Shown piece by piece: positions 36,558 to 40,080 of a DNA stretch of 40,080 bases. Below the pieces are notes generated by a model that made no database searches, had not been told where the DNA came from, and was given only the letters and a program-made list of their open reading frames with translations. Position 1 is the first letter of the stretch, and each line of letters opens with the position of its first letter. This DNA comes from Bdellovibrionota bacterium FG-1 (GTDB lineage Bacteria; Bdellovibrionota; UBA1018). Where the stretch lies: the NCBI GenBank assembly GCA_051382295.1, contig JBBCAW010000130.1, forward strand, positions 1 through 40,080, given 5' to 3'. The translations under genes and the position numbers were made by a program.

Positions 36558-38916
36558 ACGTCAATCCAGCGTAAAAACCCGAAACTTGGACAGTAACATC
36601 TCCCGCAAAAGTCGAAAGCCGCCCATAATCCACTGAAAGATAGAGATGCTTGATTCCGTCATGAGCATACAAATCCCAGGTTGAGCTTGGACTCAGCCAA
36701 TCCATCAAAAAGGAAGCACCACCCGCAACATAAAACCCCGTCGAATAGCCACGATTTCCGTCCAGATTATCGTTTCTTCCTTCGTAATATCCGATGACCG
36801 AAGGTCCCACCATGACGAAAGGCCGAATGTATTTCATGAGATTAAATCGATAATCAATCCCCGCCGATACCGGGATCGTGATGAATTGAAAAGTGGTCGC
36901 TGATTCGCTTCCGAAATTACCCCCACTTGGATTCTTCAACGAAAACTGAAAAACCCCCGACCCATGAAAATAGCCGACACCCACCTGAGTAAAAAAAGCT
37001 AAGCTCCCCGCTAATTCACTGTGCCAAGGCTGGTACTCATAAAACAAAGTCAAGTCCGGCGCGTAATGCGATCCATAAATATCGTTAAAACCCCGCTGTG
37101 CCGTGCCTGCGGCCGCCGAAATATCACGAGTTAAGGAGGCGCCGTAACGCAGCCCAAAAGCATGATGAATTTCACCCTGACGATTCGCTTTAAGCTCAGA
37201 GCGCCCCTCTTTGACCGCTTGAATCGCTCCGCCAGCGTCCTCAGGCTGAAGTTCGGCCTTTTTTTTGGCAGTATAGGATTCCGCCTCGGACGGAGATCCT
37301 GAATTTTGGGCCGGAAGTTCTTTTTTTAGCTGGTCGATGTAACTCGGGGGCGATTCCTGGTGCCCCATTTTTTTTTGCAGCGCTTCCGTATAAGACTCAG
37401 AAGACACAGGAGCCGTACCCTTTTCCTTCATTTCCGTTTTGAGTTGATCAATATAAGGAGAGTTAGACTCCGCTTCAGTCGGGCCCGTCAAAAGCGAAAA
37501 AAACCAATAAAACGGAGGGGACAGAACATGACGAGGGGGATGCAAAACCAACCACGCCCCGATTTCCAGGGGGAGAAGAGCATGCAGAACGGGATACCGA
37601 AACCCTGAATGCATCATCAACCACTCCGCCGCATGCGGAGACCAGCGATAATACCAATCAATAAATTCCAAGCCCAAACGGCTTTTTGCCAGCACTTGAT
37701 CCCTGAACTCACGGAGTAAGACGACGGGCTCGGCATCAATCGATCGAAAGGCCGCAGTCGCAATAAAACACTTACTTTTGGCTAAAAACCCTTGAATTTG
37801 CGAAGTTCCGACGCCATCAATTTCGCAGCCGTTAGGGGTAGGAACATAGACCACGCCGGCCACATCGCGAACCAAAAAGGCAACATTATACAGGTGGGCT
37901 TGATCATCACTGGCGGTCAAATTGGAAAAACCCGGAAACTGCGCATTATCGCCCAAACCCGCACTCCGCGAGATCAAATCACTCAAATCAAGAACCGGAG
38001 CTGCGCCGCCGGCCTTGCCGACTAGAATACCGGCATTCAAAGGGGCATACCCTGAAGGAGCGCGCTGAGCGCTATCGGCCAAACCTCCGGTGTTAGCGAA
38101 AATGTTACCATCTCCCGGCGTATAAGAAATCCCGCCAGAAGGGCACGTGATCGCGGCTTTTTGAAGCCGATTACCATCTTCAAAGCGAACATTGATCGTT
38201 GCCGAATCCTGCGCCGAAGGCAACGCAGAGGGGATATTATTGTTGCTATCCAGATTGATGATTTGAAAAGTCACTTGAAGCGCCGAACTTCCTGGCCCAA
38301 GCCCCACGGTCTGAGCATCCGAACAGCCAACCGCAAGTGCCCCACCCCCTTGCTCTTGGCTATAAGCCGTGCAAATGTCGCGGGGATAAAGATAAACCCT
38401 AAGCCCAGTCGAGGGCGTATACGGAATCGCAAAATAATACTGCGAATTGGCGCCGCCTGCGGGGTCTGTGCCATTGGAAATATTGCCGGCATAACACCCG
38501 CCGGTCCCACAATAGGCTTCATTAACACCGGCAATCGGCACGGGTTTAGCAGCATTTTGAAGATTGACTGTCGTCACGATCAGCGCCCAAGTCCCGGTCC
38601 CCGTGATCGCCTTGTCCGAAACAACATCAAATGCCAAAGCATTTTGCAGACTGCCAGACTCACGAAGCTGCGACTGCGTGACATCAAATGCCAAAAACCC
38701 AGAATCGATCAAAAAATCACTCGAACTGATCGACCCCGCCTTGGCCGCGACCCACATGGTGCCGTCAAGAGCGACTCCGCCATAGCCTGCATGCGGAGTT
38801 ACCGTCACGGTCGCGTGCGCGCTACCAGCCGCCAACCCTAGACCAATCAATATTGCACCTAACAAAGGCCTTTTATGTCCGCTCTGAAACAAGCATCTCG
38901 CCGATCTGAATCGCAT
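36547..38916 (-). CDS. Exported Cys-containing protein with an internal CFI-box segment fused to a C-terminal outer-membrane beta-barrel
   Basis: Signal peptide ending AHA; CFIATAAF...LREFRD...FIDWYYRWSP; alternating aromatic strands ending YAGLTFEL. Start uncertain because it overlaps asd. Confidence 0.75.
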   Translation of the reverse strand: MRFRSARCLFQSGHKRPLLGAILIGLGLAAGSAHATVTVTPHAGYGGVALDGTMWVAAKAGSISSSDFLIDSGFLAFDVTQSQLRESGSLQNALAFDVVSDKAITGTGTWALIVTTVNLQNAAKPVPIAGVNEAYCGTGGCYAGNISNGTDPAGGANSQYYFAIPYTPSTGLRVYLYPRDICTAYSQEQGGGALAVGCSDAQTVGLGPGSSALQVTFQIINLDSNNNIPSALPSAQDSATINVRFEDGNRLQKAAITCPSGGISYTPGDGNIFANTGGLADSAQRAPSGYAPLNAGILVGKAGGAAPVLDLSDLISRSAGLGDNAQFPGFSNLTASDDQAHLYNVAFLVRDVAGVVYVPTPNGCEIDGVGTSQIQGFLAKSKCFIATAAFRSIDAEPVVLLREFRDQVLAKSRLGLEFIDWYYRWSPHAAEWLMMHSGFRYPVLHALLPLEIGAWLVLHPPRHVLSPPFYWFFSLLTGPTEAESNSPYIDQLKTEMKEKGTAPVSSESYTEALQKKMGHQESPPSYIDQLKKELPAQNSGSPSEAESYTAKKKAELQPEDAGGAIQAVKEGRSELKANRQGEIHHAFGLRYGASLTRDISAAAGTAQRGFNDIYGSHYAPDLTLFYEYQPWHSELAGSLAFFTQVGVGYFHGSGVFQFSLKNPSGGNFGSESATTFQFITIPVSAGIDYRFNLMKYIRPFVMVGPSVIGYYEGRNDNLDGNRGYSTGFYVAGGASFLMDWLSPSSTWDLYAHDGIKHLYLSVDYGRLSTFAGDVTVQVSGFYAGLTFEL

Positions 38917-39934
38917 TGAGGGCCGCTCCTTTTCGGAGATTATCTGAAACTACCCAAAAATTTAAACCATTTTCAATCGAGGGATCCTTTCGAATCCGCC
39001 CCACATAAACAGCGTCGCGCCCAGCCGCGCCTTCCACCAAAGACTGTTCACCGGGCATTCCCATTGGATAAATCTTTTGCGCAGGGTCATCCTGAACCAC
39101 GACACCCGCTTGCGACCTGAGCGCAGCGCGGGCCTCCTCAGCAGTTACCGCACGCTCGCATTCGACATTTATGGACTCGCCATGACAGGCAAAAGTGGGC
39201 ACTCGCACTGCGGTGGCCGAAATACGCAAAGCCGGCATGCCCAAAAGCTTGCGGCTCTCAGAAATCATTTTGAGTTCTTCGCTCGTTGAGCCTTCTTGGC
39301 CTGAAAAACCACCAATGTGCGGGATGCAATTAAAGGCGATTTGGTGAGCAAAGGCCTTTGGCTCCCTCTTTTTTTGCCCTAAAAATGCCCCTGCTTGTTC
39401 CGACAGTTCGTCCATGGCCACCGCGCCGGCGCCACTGGTGCTTTGATAGGTAGAAACCACGACACGCCGAATTCCCCAACGATCTCGAAGCGGCTTAAGC
39501 GCCATCACCATTTGTACGGTTGAACAATTGGGACCCGTTAAAATTCGCTCACGCGACGAAAGATTTTTTACGCCTTTTTTAAGCCGCGCTTCCAAAAGCT
39601 CGCCATTCACCTCAGGAACCAAAAGAAGCACATCGTCCTCAAGGCGAAAAGTCGCTGAATTATCAACCACCCAAGCACCCGATTCAGCCGCCTGCGGCAC
39701 CCACTCTTTAGAAACGGCGTCACTAGCATCAAAAAAAGCGATATTCACGCCTTCAAAACAGCCTTTCCGAAGCACTTGACAACGAAAATCCCTGCCGTTC
39801 CAATGAATCTCTTTGCCTTCAGACCGAGACGACGCGAACGGTACAAGTTCAGTGACCGGAAATTTTCGAGACGCCAAAACAGCCAAGAGGTGTCTGCCTA
39901 CTGCACCCGTAGCACCCACGACAGCCACTTTCAT
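38873..39934 (-). CDS. asd: Aspartate-semialdehyde dehydrogenase
   Basis: VVGATGAVG, VDNSATFR, PNCSTVQ, STYQSTSGAG, DNLRKGAALNAIQ; AAGGAG before the ATG at 39934. Confidence 0.96.
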   Translation of the reverse strand: MKVAVVGATGAVGRHLLAVLASRKFPVTELVPFASSRSEGKEIHWNGRDFRCQVLRKGCFEGVNIAFFDASDAVSKEWVPQAAESGAWVVDNSATFRLEDDVLLLVPEVNGELLEARLKKGVKNLSSRERILTGPNCSTVQMVMALKPLRDRWGIRRVVVSTYQSTSGAGAVAMDELSEQAGAFLGQKKREPKAFAHQIAFNCIPHIGGFSGQEGSTSEELKMISESRKLLGMPALRISATAVRVPTFACHGESINVECERAVTAEEARAALRSQAGVVVQDDPAQKIYPMGMPGEQSLVEGAAGRDAVYVGRIRKDPSIENGLNFWVVSDNLRKGAALNAIQIGEMLVSERT

Positions 39935-40080
39935 TGGACGGCTCCTTCGGAGCAAGAGGGGTGCGACTCCCCTTTTTGAAGAACAATGGGTTTATGAATC
40001 GCGAGGCGATACCCATTCCATAAAAGACTTAAACCAACATAAGAACTCAGTAACACGAACAACGTCACCTCGGGTTTAGC
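39931..40080 (-). CDS. C-terminal end of a membrane protein, possibly phosphatidylserine synthase
   Basis: Open frame AKPEVTLFVLLSSYVGLSLLWNGY...AVQ*; its stop overlaps the asd ATG (ATGA). The identity is a weak guess from 49 aa. Confidence 0.45.
   Translation of the reverse strand, partial: AKPEVTLFVLLSSYVGLSLLWNGYRLAIHKPIVLQKGESHPSCSEGAVQ

Noticed and set aside
38161..38841. 226-aa plus-strand ORF and other long antisense ORFs (14838-15440, 30141-30608)
   Set aside because: Shadow frames of well-supported genes, with no recognisable motifs.

Overview
Bacterial chromosomal segment of roughly 50% GC. The gene content (TIGR02147-type regulator, CFI-box protein, sigma-28 promoter, GGG-motif secreted proteins) suggests Bdellovibrionota/Oligoflexia; this is an inference. 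After nadC and rph, an accessory block (about 1.5-13.1 kb) is rich in toxin-antitoxin or defence-like modules, most with a visible candidate operator: an AAA_14/DUF4143 ATPase, an orphan HTH antitoxin, vapBC, a RAYT-type HUH transposase, a decayed XRE gene, a YjjJ/HipA kinase, a TIGR02147 regulator divergent from a secreted HExxH protein, and a candidate type I toxin peptide. The rest is largely housekeeping: M14 carboxypeptidase, rnj, udk, rsmE, rfaE2, an ABC-2 exporter, mscS, tig, truA and asd. The strongest signal is a plasmid-like parAB pair (ParA with an N-terminal HTH) embedded among these genes, with five copies of a non-canonical 16-bp palindrome GGTCGCC-NN-GGCGACC (three upstream, two inside parA), a candidate new parS. 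Next is a sigma-28-driven zinc-finger microprotein mRNA whose 3' UTR is complementary to its own ribosome-binding site. No rRNA, tRNA, CRISPR array or integrase was seen. All calls come from reading motifs by eye; no searches were run.
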